The notes: a model not told the origin generated them from the letters alone. Positions 26,906 to 37,313 are shown, counted from the first letter of the stretch. The stretch is 64,000 nt of DNA from Gammaproteobacteria bacterium (GCA_965221695.1 OZ244905.1:1440001-1504000); one strand, 5' to 3'. Numbers and translations: made by a program.

Positions 26906-27922
26906 ATGAAATTTGCGAGTATAAGATACGAAAATAAGGACAGAGTCGTTGTCCGCTTTGATGACCTGTACGCGCTCGAACTGGAAACACTACTGACTTT
27001 GACAACGTCAAAGTACGCGGGATTGGCGTGGGAAAACATGATGAGTGTTATCCGGGCCGGGCCGATATTACTGGATGATATCAATACAGCCCTGGAGAAA
27101 TTCAAGCAGGTCCGCAACCACACACAATTCATACCGCTGGCGGATGCCGACTGGCATCCACCCATACGCAATCCGGGAAAGATTTGTGGTATCGCGATGA
27201 ATAACTCCGCCAGTAATGAGCGCAAAATCAGCGCCCCTGATCATCCCGCGTTCTTTTTGAAGCCGGCTTCCTGCCTGGTCGGACACAAGCAAGCAATAAA
27301 AATCAGATCCTATTACGGCAGTGTGCATCCTGAGCCGGAATTAGCGGTCATTATCGGTAAGGAGAGCCGGGATGTTGCTGCGAAGAATGCGCTGGATTAC
27401 GTATTTGGTTACAGCATCTTCAACGATATTACCAGCAACGGGATGCGCGCCGAAGACCTGTTCCATTATTGGGCGAACTATGCGAAAAAAGACCAGCCGA
27501 ACGAGACGGAACGCATTGAGCAACATCTCTCCTATGCGGGTCGTTACAAGGGCAGCGATACCTTTGGCAGTCTGGGTCCTTGGTTGGTAACAAAAGATGC
27601 TGTTAAACAACCCGATGATCTGACTGTCCGTTGCAGCATGGGCAATGATGTCGTCGCAGAGGACAACACCTGTTATTATAATTTCAAAGTGGCCGAAATC
27701 ATCAGTTTCATCAGCCAGTTCCAAACCCTGCAGGTGGGCGATATCATAGCCTGTGGCACAGCATTCAAACCATCCGCAAACCGAAAATCCATCCATAGCG
27801 CAAATTTTCAAATCATGGCTGGTCCGGTAGTGGTCAGTATTGAAGGATTGGGCACACTGACAAACCCGATTATCAAGGAACGTAAAGAGATAGGTCAATG
27901 GCGGCTGAGTCAGAGCGGTTGA
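26906..27922 (+). CDS. Fumarylacetoacetate hydrolase family protein
   Basis: PGKICGIAMN, FFLKP, EPELAVIIGK, FNDIT, KGSDTF..LGPW, GDIIACGT. Confidence 0.9.
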   Translation: MKFASIRYENKDRVVVRFDDLYALELETLLTLTTSKYAGLAWENMMSVIRAGPILLDDINTALEKFKQVRNHTQFIPLADADWHPPIRNPGKICGIAMNNSASNERKISAPDHPAFFLKPASCLVGHKQAIKIRSYYGSVHPEPELAVIIGKESRDVAAKNALDYVFGYSIFNDITSNGMRAEDLFHYWANYAKKDQPNETERIEQHLSYAGRYKGSDTFGSLGPWLVTKDAVKQPDDLTVRCSMGNDVVAEDNTCYYNFKVAEIISFISQFQTLQVGDIIACGTAFKPSANRKSIHSANFQIMAGPVVVSIEGLGTLTNPIIKERKEIGQWRLSQSG

Positions 27923-27967
27923 TATTTATCGATTCTCCGCTACTCAGCATATCTCTCAGGCGACTTG

Positions 27968-28570
27968 CTATGGGCGCTTCCGCAACCGCATCCCGGCGAA
28001 CAGTTGCTCGCTGCTCAGTAACTGCGCAGTCCAGTTGTCGAGGATTTCAAAATAGATATCCAGGTGTTTTTCCCATGGCGCGGCGCCAGTGCAGTCCTTG
28101 ATAATGACCGTTGGGATGTCCCGGGCAAACGCATCTCTTGCAGCGCTGCTGATGGCGTTGTTCACACTCAACCCGCATAACAGTAAAACATCGGCATTGA
28201 AAGATTCCAGCAAGTCGGAGAGCGCGCCACCCCAAAATGGGCTGGGACGGTTACGACTGATAAACATATCCGCGCTTGCAGTGTGCAGACGCTTATCCCA
28301 TTTCACCCAATCGGAAGAAGCGCAAAAAAAACCTTGTTGCACGATTGGATTATCCTTTAGCAACCCTGCGTCTGAAAGGTCATCGGCCAGAACATAGCTT
28401 GAAAAAACAACAGGGATCTGTTTAGCACGCATTCGCGCCAGCAGGGCATTCACGTTTGCAATCAATTTATCCGACGCAGCATTCTCAAAAGGTCCATTAG
28501 CGCTGGTAAACAACTCTTGCAGGTCCAAAACCAATGCCAGGGGACGCGAATTTTCCAGGTTGAATTTCAT
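27968..28570 (-). CDS. Isochorismatase/cysteine hydrolase family protein (catalytic Cys apparently replaced)
   Basis: ALVLDLQ, RNRPSPF, LCGLSVNNAISSAARDA, IKDCT. Confidence 0.8.
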   Translation of the reverse strand: MKFNLENSRPLALVLDLQELFTSANGPFENAASDKLIANVNALLARMRAKQIPVVFSSYVLADDLSDAGLLKDNPIVQQGFFCASSDWVKWDKRLHTASADMFISRNRPSPFWGGALSDLLESFNADVLLLCGLSVNNAISSAARDAFARDIPTVIIKDCTGAAPWEKHLDIYFEILDNWTAQLLSSEQLFAGMRLRKRP

Positions 28571-28600
28571 ATTTCCTGTTTGTGTAGAATACTGATTAAT

Positions 28601-28870
28601 TTAATGAATTCTGAAACTATCAAAAAACTGCAACTCGGTTTCTTCGCATTCCAGTTTCAGTACTTTCGCTGTATCCGGGCCGTGTCTCAACCATGCCTGA
28701 AACATGCTGAGCATGGCCACATCGCCTGTTGCCTGACCAACGACGCTGCCATCGGGCAAGTTCTTTATCCATCCCGTAAGGCCTGATAGCCGCGCCTGTT
28801 CCCGGGCCGATTGGCGAAAGAATACTCCTTGAACACGGCCGCTTACTCTGAAGGAGCAGGTTTTTTTCAT
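28601..28870 (-). CDS. acyP: Acylphosphatase
   Basis: VSGRVQGVFFR, GWIKNLPDGSV. Confidence 0.95.
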   Translation of the reverse strand: MKKTCSFRVSGRVQGVFFRQSAREQARLSGLTGWIKNLPDGSVVGQATGDVAMLSMFQAWLRHGPDTAKVLKLECEETELQFFDSFRIH

Positions 28871-28966
28871 GTATATTTCGTAACAGGAGCCGCGCCGTAT
28901 GGCGCTTATGGATACGCCTGTATACGCGCTTCAGGAATCAGTTTGGAATTAGAATAGAATCACCGC

Positions 28967-30154
28967 TCAACCTGTCTGTTGATAATGCTTCATCAAGATA
29001 CGCGCTACTTCGGGGCGGGCGAATTCTTCCGGTAGCGGTTCGCCTGCGGCGAGCATTTCTCGCACTTTGGTGCCAGACAGCAAGACGAAATCCTCCGCGC
29101 TGTGGTCCGGGACATCGCGCATCATCACCACCCGATTCAGTTTTTTGGAGTACGCGGTGTGGTCGGCTTCGAATATCTCGATCGCCAACGCGCCCTCCAA
29201 GGCCGGCTCATGGAAAATAGCCTGGGCGTCGAACGGGCCGTAATAATTGCCAACTCCGGCATGGTCACGACCCACGATTAAATGGCTGCAACCGGCATTC
29301 TGGCGAAACACGGCATGCAGCGCTGCCTCGCGTGGGCCGGCGTAAAGCATATCGAAACCGTAGCCGCTCACCTTTACGGTGTTCTCCGGGAAGTACAGTT
29401 CAACCATTTTCCGTATTGCCGCATCGCGCACATCAGCGGGGATGTCTCCCGGTTTCAATTTCCCCAACAGCATGTGAATTAAGATACCATCCGCATTGAC
29501 CGCCTGTTTGGCCATCTTGCATAGCTCTTCGTGCGCCCGGTGCATAGGATTTCGGGTTTGAAAGGCGACGACCCGTTTCCAGCCATTGGCTGCAATGGCA
29601 GCGCGGATCTGCGTCGCCGTCATGAAGGTGTCCGGAAAATCCCGCTCGAAATAACTGTAATTCAAGACCTCCACGGGGCCGGCGATGAGCTGGTTTCCAG
29701 ACGAGATAAATGTTGCCACGCCGGGGTGTTCCGGGTCCGTGGTCCCGAAAACTTTTTCTGTGATGAAGGCCAACTGGTTTTCCGAGAGAGTTGCTATCTC
29801 GATCACAGTCTGTACCGCAAGTATCGGATGACCTTCTACGTTCGGGTCCCGAAGCGCGATCCGAGCGTTGCCGCGCGCCACACTCGCGTCCTTGCTGAGA
29901 TTGAGACACGGAGTTGGCCAGAACAGTCCGTCAGTGGCGCGCATATTCTCCGCGACGCTAAGCGCGTCGGCGACGCCCATATAACCCGGCAACGGCGAGA
30001 AATACCCAGCGCCCAACATCACTGCATTGGCTGCAGCCGCCGAGTTCAACAATAATTGCGGGAGCGTTTCCGCTTCCTCAAGCAGCGCCTGACGCGCAGC
30101 CTCATCCTCGACGAACAACGGTTGCAGTTCGTTGGTTCCGTGTGGTTTTATCAT
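28967..30154 (-). CDS. sat: Sulfate adenylyltransferase (Sat type)
   Basis: FQTRNPMHRAH, YAGPREA, VGRDHAGVG, LSGTKVR. Confidence 0.97.
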   Translation of the reverse strand: MIKPHGTNELQPLFVEDEAARQALLEEAETLPQLLLNSAAAANAVMLGAGYFSPLPGYMGVADALSVAENMRATDGLFWPTPCLNLSKDASVARGNARIALRDPNVEGHPILAVQTVIEIATLSENQLAFITEKVFGTTDPEHPGVATFISSGNQLIAGPVEVLNYSYFERDFPDTFMTATQIRAAIAANGWKRVVAFQTRNPMHRAHEELCKMAKQAVNADGILIHMLLGKLKPGDIPADVRDAAIRKMVELYFPENTVKVSGYGFDMLYAGPREAALHAVFRQNAGCSHLIVGRDHAGVGNYYGPFDAQAIFHEPALEGALAIEIFEADHTAYSKKLNRVVMMRDVPDHSAEDFVLLSGTKVREMLAAGEPLPEEFARPEVARILMKHYQQTG

Positions 30155-30160
30155 GGGGAA

Positions 30161-30580
30161 CTACGACTCGGCGCTGCCGTGATACCTGTCCATCTTCTGA
30201 TTCAAGGTATCAATATCCATTTTCATAACATCAATGTCCTCTTTCATTACATCAATATCTATCTTCATCACATCAATATCCTTTTTCATCACATCGATAT
30301 CCTGTTTCATGACATCGATATCCATTTTCATCACAACAATGTCCTTTTTCATTATCTCAATGTCTTTTTTCATTATATCGATGTCCATCTGCATTAGCGC
30401 GATACGCGTGCCTACCTCCGATAAAGCCTGCTTCAGGTCCTGGATGGAGCTGATAAGATAAAGGCTCAAGGATACGCCGACGACAACAACAAACCCCAGA
30501 AACCAATCATGATATTTGATACTGGTTTGCAGTCTTTCCACATCAAGCGCCAAGGTGTCACGATGAAATTCAGTAGCCAT
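30161..30580 (-). CDS. Membrane-anchored coiled-coil protein with heptad repeats
   Basis: AGGAGG RBS; one TM segment followed by nine MKxDIDV-like heptads. Confidence 0.75.
   Translation of the reverse strand: MATEFHRDTLALDVERLQTSIKYHDWFLGFVVVVGVSLSLYLISSIQDLKQALSEVGTRIALMQMDIDIMKKDIEIMKKDIVVMKMDIDVMKQDIDVMKKDIDVMKIDIDVMKEDIDVMKMDIDTLNQKMDRYHGSAES
30206..30394. repeat. Nine tandem 21-bp repeats (coding)
   Basis: Units of the form cacatcaatatcctttttcat. Confidence 0.9.
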
Positions 30581-30690
30581 TATCAGATCCTCCTGTTCTC
30601 CGTTATACTGCTGATGATTCTTCGTTAAGGGAAGCCCATTATAGACGCTCCGTCATTTCATGTACAGAATATTTTCCATCATGATAATTC

Positions 30691-30722
30691 AGAAAGCTCT
30701 GAGACTTTATCAGAGATTCCTT
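30691..30722. repeat. Short MITE remnant
   Basis: agaaagctctgagactttatcagagattcctt. Confidence 0.65.
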
Positions 30723-30762
30723 GCTTGAAGACGGAGTGTTTTGCAGGAGGACGGCCGCGCAT

Positions 30763-31338
30763 TCAATACCGCGTCTTTGGCCCCTGTACGAATTCATGGC
30801 CTGCGCTGTTGCGGATAATATCCCCGGTATGCAGCCGGTAGTGACTGTTCTCCCGATCCTCAAAGTAGAATTTCAGTGAATATCGGATCGTGGTGAATGC
30901 CAACTGCTCCCATGGAATTTCGTCCTGGGTAAACAGCGCCACTTCCTGGCTCTCTGCCCCGGCAGAGAAATTCAGGTCCATGAGGTTCGAATTGAACATC
31001 AGGTAAACCTGGTTGACTTGCGGCAAATTGAATACCGCAAACAGGTTGACTATTTCCACTCTTGCGTTGGCCTCCTCCAGGGTCTCACGCAACGCTGCGG
31101 CCTGAGAGGTTTCGTCCAACTCCATGAAACCGGCCGGCAGCGTCCAATAGCCGTAACGAGGCTCAATTGCGCGTTTACACAGCAGCACCTTGTCTTCCCA
31201 AACCGGGATACAACCGGCGACTATCTTCGGGTTTTGGTAGTGGACCACATCGCAGGAGGAACAAACATAGCGCAGGCGATCATCGTCCGGTGGAACCTTA
31301 AGCGCCACCTGGGCGCCGCAGGCGCTGCAATAATTCAT
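30763..31338 (-). CDS. Nudix hydrolase with N-terminal zinc ribbon
   Basis: CSACG...CSSC, YQNPKIV, PAGFME...RETLEEA. Confidence 0.92.
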   Translation of the reverse strand: MNYCSACGAQVALKVPPDDDRLRYVCSSCDVVHYQNPKIVAGCIPVWEDKVLLCKRAIEPRYGYWTLPAGFMELDETSQAAALRETLEEANARVEIVNLFAVFNLPQVNQVYLMFNSNLMDLNFSAGAESQEVALFTQDEIPWEQLAFTTIRYSLKFYFEDRENSHYRLHTGDIIRNSAGHEFVQGPKTRY

Positions 31339-31958
31339 TAACCGGCGCCCTTTTCCAGTAACGGATAAAGATCCGGCCAGATGATGTCCAGCATCATTTC
31401 CTGAGCCTCGGTTGTGGGATGAATGCCATCGTCTTGCATCAAATCGGGATTGTCGGCGATATTATCCAGGATAAATCGTGTCAGTCTCACATTATCCCGC
31501 AAGCCCAGGCGTTTGTATATGCTCACAAATCTTTCGATATACGCATTCCCGTAATTGGGTGGCAACAGCATTTCAACCAACACAATCCGGCTGCCCACGG
31601 CAGAGATTTTATCGATGATGGCGGACAGGTTGGCCCTGATTTCTTCCAAAGGGATACCTCTGAGACCGTCATTGCCGCCCAGCTCAACGATGGTGATATC
31701 TGGCGTCATCTGCTTTAGAATAGCATCGAGACGCGTATTTGCCCCATGGGTAGTGTCGCCGCTGATGCTGGCATTGATAACCTGATAGCGATAACCGGCG
31801 CGCGCCAGCCGCTCGCGCAACAGGGACACCCAGCCCGCTTGCGCATCAATCCCGTAGGCCGCGCTGAGGCTGTCGCCCAGGATCAGGAGAGTCTTTTCCG
31901 TACCGGGGGCGGACAATGGCGCTGATAAAATCACTGTAAAAATAATCAACCGCAACAT
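31338..31958 (-). CDS. tesA: Arylesterase/acyl-CoA thioesterase I (SGNH family)
   Basis: GDSLS, NASISGDTT, ELGGNDGLRG, DGIHP; likely start MLRLIIF. Confidence 0.93.
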   Translation of the reverse strand: MLRLIIFTVILSAPLSAPGTEKTLLILGDSLSAAYGIDAQAGWVSLLRERLARAGYRYQVINASISGDTTHGANTRLDAILKQMTPDITIVELGGNDGLRGIPLEEIRANLSAIIDKISAVGSRIVLVEMLLPPNYGNAYIERFVSIYKRLGLRDNVRLTRFILDNIADNPDLMQDDGIHPTTEAQEMMLDIIWPDLYPLLEKGAG

Positions 31959-32634
31959 GGAACAATCCTCAAATTTCATTATCCGGGCAGAAAACCTGAG
32001 CAAACAGGTTGCCGGCCCTACCGGAAACCTGACTATCCTGGATAATATCAGCCTGGCGATCAAATATGGAGAGAGCGTGGCAATAACCGGTGTATCCGGC
32101 TCCGGCAAATCCACGCTAATCGGGCTCCTCGCGGGACTTGACCTGCCGAGCGCGGGCAAGGTATTCCTGGATAACACGGAACTGACCGCTCTGGATGAAG
32201 CCGGCAGGGCGGCATTGCGCAACCGGCGGGTTGGTTTTGTATTTCAATCATTCCAATTGCTGCCGGCCCTGACCGCCCTGGAAAACGTCATGCTGCCGCT
32301 GGAGTTGTCGGGCAACGGCGCGGCGCGGGAGCTGGCGCAAAAGCAGTTGAAGGAGGTCGGACTGGCGGGTCGGATGCAACATTATCCTAACCAGTTGTCC
32401 GGCGGCGAACAGCAACGGGTCGCTATTGCCAGGGCTTTTGTCGGTAGCCCGCTGGCGCTGTTTGCCGATGAGCTGACCGGCAACCTGGACCGGCAAACCG
32501 CGGCGCAGGTTGTTGAACTTCTGTTTCGTCTGAACTCGGAGCGCGGCGCCACATTGATCCTGGTGACCCATGATGACGCCGTATCCAGCCGTTGCAACCG
32601 CGTCCTGACACTGGACGGCGGCAGATTGGTCTGA
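31957..32634 (+). CDS. ybbA: ABC transporter ATP-binding protein (YbbA-like)
   Basis: GVSGSGKST, LSGGEQQR; divergent from tesA. Confidence 0.9.
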   Translation: MEQSSNFIIRAENLSKQVAGPTGNLTILDNISLAIKYGESVAITGVSGSGKSTLIGLLAGLDLPSAGKVFLDNTELTALDEAGRAALRNRRVGFVFQSFQLLPALTALENVMLPLELSGNGAARELAQKQLKEVGLAGRMQHYPNQLSGGEQQRVAIARAFVGSPLALFADELTGNLDRQTAAQVVELLFRLNSERGATLILVTHDDAVSSRCNRVLTLDGGRLV

Positions 32635-35111
32635 TGCAGTTGGTCCGCCTTGCTCTTGCGCAATTCAGGCGGGACTGGCGCGCCGGGGAATTGCGCCTGC
32701 TCGGCCTTGCCCTGATCATCGCGGTGGCAAGCCTGACATCCGTTGATTTTTTCACCGACAGGGTTAGACGGGTCACCGAAATCCAGGCCACCGAACTACT
32801 GGCCGCCGACCTGGTTGTCAGTTCTGCCGAACCGATCAAACAGGATTTTATCAGCCAGGCTGAAGACCTGGGATTGCAGACAACGCAAACAATCGGTTTT
32901 CGCAGCGTGGTCGTGTATGGCGAAAAACTCGAGCTGTCGGAAGTCAAGGCCGCGCAGCCGGGTTACCCGTTGCGGGGCCGGTTGCAGGTTGCGGATGGGT
33001 TGTTCGCCGAAGAATATCAGGCCGATACCATTCCCCGGCAAGGCGCGGTATGGCTGGACCCGAGACTGCTTCAGTTGTTGAGTGTGAATATCGGCGATCG
33101 GATCAACCTGGGCGCATCCACATTCGTAGTCACTAAGGTCCTGACCCATGAGCCCGATCGTAGTGGCGATATGTTCAATATTGCGCCGCGGCTGCTCATG
33201 AATCTTGCAGATGTTGAAGCCACCGGTCTGATATTACCCGGCAGCCAGGTCACGCGCCGGCTTCTGCTGATCGGGGCAGACGATAGGTTAGACGAATTTC
33301 GCTCTCTGGTTGACGACCATGCGGGATACGAGGCGTTGGGAATACGTGAGGTCAGGCCGGAGTTGCGCGCTGCCCTGGAACGTTCAGAGCTGTTCCTCGA
33401 CCTCGCCGTGCTGGTCAGCATCGCGTTGGCCGGGTTGGCGGTCGCCTTGTCGGCGCAACGTTTTGCTGTGAGGCATTTCGACGCCTGCGCTATCATGCGC
33501 TGCCTGGGCGCCGGTCCCGATACGGTCGTCAAGCTCTACGCCATACAGTTGCTGGCAACTGCCCTGATCTGCAGCGCTATCGGCTGCGCGCTGGGCTACC
33601 TGGGACAAACTGTCCTGTCTGCGCTGATGCAGGGGCTGGTAGCCAGACCCCTGCCGTCAGCATCGCCGGCGCCGCTGGTCGGCGGTCTGGCGGTCGGTGT
33701 GGCGACCACGCTGGGCTTTGCTCTGCCACAGATTTTGCGACTGAAAAACGTATCACCCATGCGCACACTAAGGCGCGAGCTGGCGCCGATGCCGCTCAAT
33801 AACCTCGGCATTTGCCTGGCCGCCAGCGGCTGCCTGCTGCTTTTGGCGTTCTGGCAATCCGGCAACCAACGGTTATTTTACTACGGCTGTTGCGCGCTTG
33901 CCGCGACAGGGTTATCGGCCTGGTTGACCGCTGTGCTGGCTATTCGTTGTCTGAACAAGCTGCGCGCCGGGGTTGGCGTAGCCGCTCGCTTCGGCCTGTC
34001 CAATATCGTGCGCCGGGGCGGGTTGAGCACAGCGCAGATCCTGGCAATCAGTCTTGGCGTGATGCTGCTGACTCTGCTGGTCCTGACGCGCGCCGATCTG
34101 CTGGCGAACTGGCGCGATCGGTTGCCCGCCGATACCCCGAATTATTTCCTTATCAACATTCAACCGCACGAGGTGGAATCAATCAGGCAATTCATCAGTG
34201 AGCGCGCGGGTCTTTCCACGCAGACACATCCACTGGTGCGCGCCCGTCTGGTCGCGATAAACGGCAGGACCGTCAGTCCCGATGACTACACAGACGACAG
34301 GGCGCAACGCTTCATGCGGCGCACTTTCAATTTATCTTTTGCGGAGACCTTACAGAACGACAATCGCCTGTTGGAGGGTGAATGGTGGGATGCGGGAGAT
34401 GACAACCGGTTTTCCTTTGAAGAAGACTTTGCCGAGACTTTGGCGATCAACCTCGGCGACACGTTGGAATTTAACATTGCCGGCGCGCGGGTTGCCGGTC
34501 AGGTCGCCAATATCCGCTGGGTTGACTGGGATACATTTAATGTAAATTTTTTTGTCATCACCAGCCCTGCCACACTGGATGGATTCCCCGCCACGCACAT
34601 CACCAGCTTTTATCTGCCCCAGAAGGACCGACCGCTGCTTAACGAGCTGATCAGGCGCTGGCCCAGCGTTACCGTGTTTGATGTGGACTCCATCCTCCAA
34701 CAAGTGCGCCGGGTCATGGAACAAGTAGCGCGGGCAGTGGAATTCATCTCAGTCTTCACCCTGCTGGCAGGGATTATCGTATTGCTCGCGGCGCTGCAAA
34801 CCACTCACAATGAGCGCAGGTATGAAGCCGCTCTGCTGACCACGTTAGGCGCCCGACGGAGCCATATCCTGGCCGGGCTGTTAGCGGAATTTGCCGTTCT
34901 CGGACTGGTATCCGGCCTGATTGCAGCGCTGAACGCCACCGTAGCGGGACTGCTGCTCGCTGAATTCGTTTTCAAAATGGATTTCTCTTTCAATCCCTGG
35001 GTATGGCTGGCTACGCCGTTGCTGTGCATGTCGGTGATTATCGTGGCAGGTTTGGCCGGGACGAGCAAGGTCTTGTCGGCGCCGCCGATGCTGACGTTAA
35101 GACAGGCTTGA
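32634..35111 (+). CDS. ybbP: ABC transporter permease (YbbP/FtsX-like)
   Basis: RDWRAGELRLL, PNYFLINIQP; many TM helices. Confidence 0.9.
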   Translation: MQLVRLALAQFRRDWRAGELRLLGLALIIAVASLTSVDFFTDRVRRVTEIQATELLAADLVVSSAEPIKQDFISQAEDLGLQTTQTIGFRSVVVYGEKLELSEVKAAQPGYPLRGRLQVADGLFAEEYQADTIPRQGAVWLDPRLLQLLSVNIGDRINLGASTFVVTKVLTHEPDRSGDMFNIAPRLLMNLADVEATGLILPGSQVTRRLLLIGADDRLDEFRSLVDDHAGYEALGIREVRPELRAALERSELFLDLAVLVSIALAGLAVALSAQRFAVRHFDACAIMRCLGAGPDTVVKLYAIQLLATALICSAIGCALGYLGQTVLSALMQGLVARPLPSASPAPLVGGLAVGVATTLGFALPQILRLKNVSPMRTLRRELAPMPLNNLGICLAASGCLLLLAFWQSGNQRLFYYGCCALAATGLSAWLTAVLAIRCLNKLRAGVGVAARFGLSNIVRRGGLSTAQILAISLGVMLLTLLVLTRADLLANWRDRLPADTPNYFLINIQPHEVESIRQFISERAGLSTQTHPLVRARLVAINGRTVSPDDYTDDRAQRFMRRTFNLSFAETLQNDNRLLEGEWWDAGDDNRFSFEEDFAETLAINLGDTLEFNIAGARVAGQVANIRWVDWDTFNVNFFVITSPATLDGFPATHITSFYLPQKDRPLLNELIRRWPSVTVFDVDSILQQVRRVMEQVARAVEFISVFTLLAGIIVLLAALQTTHNERRYEAALLTTLGARRSHILAGLLAEFAVLGLVSGLIAALNATVAGLLLAEFVFKMDFSFNPWVWLATPLLCMSVIIVAGLAGTSKVLSAPPMLTLRQA

Positions 35112-35139
35112 CCAGACCAGGAATTCAAGGAGGCGCCTG

Positions 35140-35175
35140 TTAAAGGAACCTCTGACTTAATCAGAGATTCCCTAA
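35140..35175. repeat. Short MITE remnant
   Basis: aaggaacctctgacttaatcagagattccctaa; abuts the dnaQ stop codon. Confidence 0.8.
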
Positions 35176-35858
35176 CTTTTAGGGGCGCCCTTAAGACGTT
35201 CCAGCATCTTGCGGTGCGCAGCCAGTTCTTCCGGGGTTGGCTCCAGTATTTTCAAGGCGGCGCTGCGCTCGACCGAACGCGGCGTCTGTGGGCCCAAACG
35301 CAACCCGGCTTCCTCATCCTCATCCAGCAACAGGCTTGACTGACCGCCGGTCATGGCCAGGTAAACGTCCAGCAATATCTCAGCGTCCAGCAAGGCGCCG
35401 TGCAGGGAGCGACTCGAATTATCTATCCCGTAGCGCTGGCATAACGCATCTAAGCTGTTCCTTTGACCCGGGTGCATTTCTCTGGCCATCACCAGCGTAT
35501 CGGTAACGCGGCAATAATCCTCAAACTTTCCCCATTCGACTCCCAGACGCGTCAACTCGGCATCGATAAACGCCACATCGAACGGCGCGTTATGGATGAT
35601 GACCTCGCTGTCCCGAATAAAGTCAATCAGCGGATCTGCGATATCCTCGAAAACTGGCTCCCCTTCCAGTTGCTGGGCCGTGATGCCGTGTATTTCAACG
35701 GCTTCTTGTTCTATCTCCCGTTCAGGATTGATGAAATAATGCAAGACCCGGTCGGTCTTGCGACGATCCTTCATTTCGACACAGCCGATCTCAATTATCC
35801 GGTGCCCATTGGCGGGTTCCAGTCCCGTAGTCTCAGTATCCAGGATAATCTGACGCAT
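35172..35858 (-). CDS. dnaQ: DNA polymerase III epsilon subunit
   Basis: LDTETTG, HNAPFD, HGALLDA, MTGGQ. Confidence 0.97.
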   Translation of the reverse strand: MRQIILDTETTGLEPANGHRIIEIGCVEMKDRRKTDRVLHYFINPEREIEQEAVEIHGITAQQLEGEPVFEDIADPLIDFIRDSEVIIHNAPFDVAFIDAELTRLGVEWGKFEDYCRVTDTLVMAREMHPGQRNSLDALCQRYGIDNSSRSLHGALLDAEILLDVYLAMTGGQSSLLLDEDEEAGLRLGPQTPRSVERSAALKILEPTPEELAAHRKMLERLKGAPKS

Positions 35859-35864
35859 TTTTTC

Positions 35865-36317
35865 TCAGCGGGGATGATTTTGCAATAGCTTGTCCATGGC
35901 CTTGTTTGCCAGTGTATCCACCCGTTCATTTTCAGCATGGCCGCTATGACCTTTAACCCAACGCCATTCAATCTCGTGCGACGCCGTCAACTCATCCAAT
36001 CGTTGCCAAAGATCCAGGTTTTTTACCGGACGCTTTTTTTCGGTACGCCAGCCGCGCCGTTTCCAGTTATCCATCCATTGCAGGATACCGTTCCTTACGT
36101 AGTTTGAATCCGTGGTCAAACGTATCCGGCAGGGTTCCTTCAATGCTTCCAGAGCCTTAATCGCCGCGGTCAGTTCCATACGGTTATTAGTGGTTTGCGA
36201 CTCCGCGCCGGACAGTTCTTTTTCCACATCGTTATAACGCAACAGCGCCCCCCAGCCGCCCGGCCCGGGATTGCCGCGGCAGCCACCGTCGGTAAAGATC
36301 TCTATGAATTTGTCCAT
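35865..36317 (-). CDS. rnhA: Ribonuclease HI
   Basis: [28 protein letters not shown]. Confidence 0.97.
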   Translation of the reverse strand: MDKFIEIFTDGGCRGNPGPGGWGALLRYNDVEKELSGAESQTTNNRMELTAAIKALEALKEPCRIRLTTDSNYVRNGILQWMDNWKRRGWRTEKKRPVKNLDLWQRLDELTASHEIEWRWVKGHSGHAENERVDTLANKAMDKLLQNHPR

Positions 36318-36376
36318 GGGTCGCAGTTTGTTGTGATGTCAGCAAGTTGTAACTTAATCAGGGATTCCGAGCTTCC

Positions 36377-37138
36377 TTAAACTATATCGCCGCCCGACAT
36401 GGTGGCCGCTCCCGGGTTGGCGTCAGGCAGTAATATCCGTTCGCGCCAGTTCAGTTTTATAGGGTCAACAGGGACGCGGCGTTTCTGAGCAATCATCACA
36501 TAAGCCACACCAGGCAGTGACCAGCAGGATGAGAGCAGTTTTTCCAGAAATAATACCCGGCGGAAAAAACCTCTGTGCCTGCGTGGTGAGCGAAAGAAAA
36601 ACCTTTCTACCTGCAACGTTGCAAAACCGAGCATGGATAACCAGCCCTTGAGCTTCCGCGCGCTGTAAAAACAGCCGTCCCACGGCGGCCGATTACGCGC
36701 TGTCGGATTTAGACGCCACAAGCTCCAAGGGCTGAAACCCGCAATGATCAGACGGCCATCTTCGATCAGGACTCGTTCTATTTCCCTCAGAACAGCGTCA
36801 GGGTCGGAAACATACTCCAGCACATGGAGCATGACTACAACGTCAATGCTGCGCGCGGCGAACGGCAATAACGCGGCCTCGGCTGCCAGCGCGCAACCAT
36901 TATGTCGGGGGCTGCCGGCATCCAGACGCAGCTCGATTTTATTCCGGATACGCTTGGCTGAAGCAAGCATTCCACAATCGTATTCACCTATCTGGGCGAT
37001 GTTATACCCGAACAGGTCGGGCAAAATCCTGTCTAATTTTTCCTTTTCATAACTCGCAAGAGCGCTGCCGGCCTCGCTATTGAGCCAGGCGGAAAACCCG
37101 GCTCGGGCACGGGGCGCTGTTGCGGAGGTATTTTCCAT
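36377..37138 (-). CDS. Class I SAM-dependent methyltransferase (YafS-like)
   Basis: LPFAARSIDVVVMLHVLE...LREIERVL; next to rnhA. Confidence 0.85.
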   Translation of the reverse strand: MENTSATAPRARAGFSAWLNSEAGSALASYEKEKLDRILPDLFGYNIAQIGEYDCGMLASAKRIRNKIELRLDAGSPRHNGCALAAEAALLPFAARSIDVVVMLHVLEYVSDPDAVLREIERVLIEDGRLIIAGFSPWSLWRLNPTARNRPPWDGCFYSARKLKGWLSMLGFATLQVERFFFRSPRRHRGFFRRVLFLEKLLSSCWSLPGVAYVMIAQKRRVPVDPIKLNWRERILLPDANPGAATMSGGDIV

Positions 37139-37278
37139 TGAGTTCAGCTAACTGCAAAGCATCAGATTTTACCTTACGGCCAATCATTTTTCCTTAGGAG
37201 CTTTTGAAAAAATTAGAGGCTCCCGCGCGGCATAGGAATTTGCCGCCATTTTTCATCACGTAGGTGATTGAAAATGAC

Positions 37279-37307
37279 TTGACATCAAGACCGCGCCACC
37301 CTAGCAT
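37279..37307 (+). promoter_or_regulatory. Sigma-70 promoter; probably a leaderless mltD transcript
   Basis: TTGACA-N17-TAGCAT followed by 6 nt and then ATG. Confidence 0.65.
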
Positions 37308-37313
37308 TCACCG

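Noticed and set aside
30056-30461. His-rich and Ser/Ile-rich + strand ORFs (FHHINIL repeats)
   Set aside because: Antisense shadows of the 21-bp repeat; the minus-strand ORF has the RBS, the TM helix and operon orientation
31956-31959. Head-to-head start codon overlap of tesA and ybbA (CATG)
   Set aside because: A 5' overlap of this gene pair is already known from E. coli; not novel
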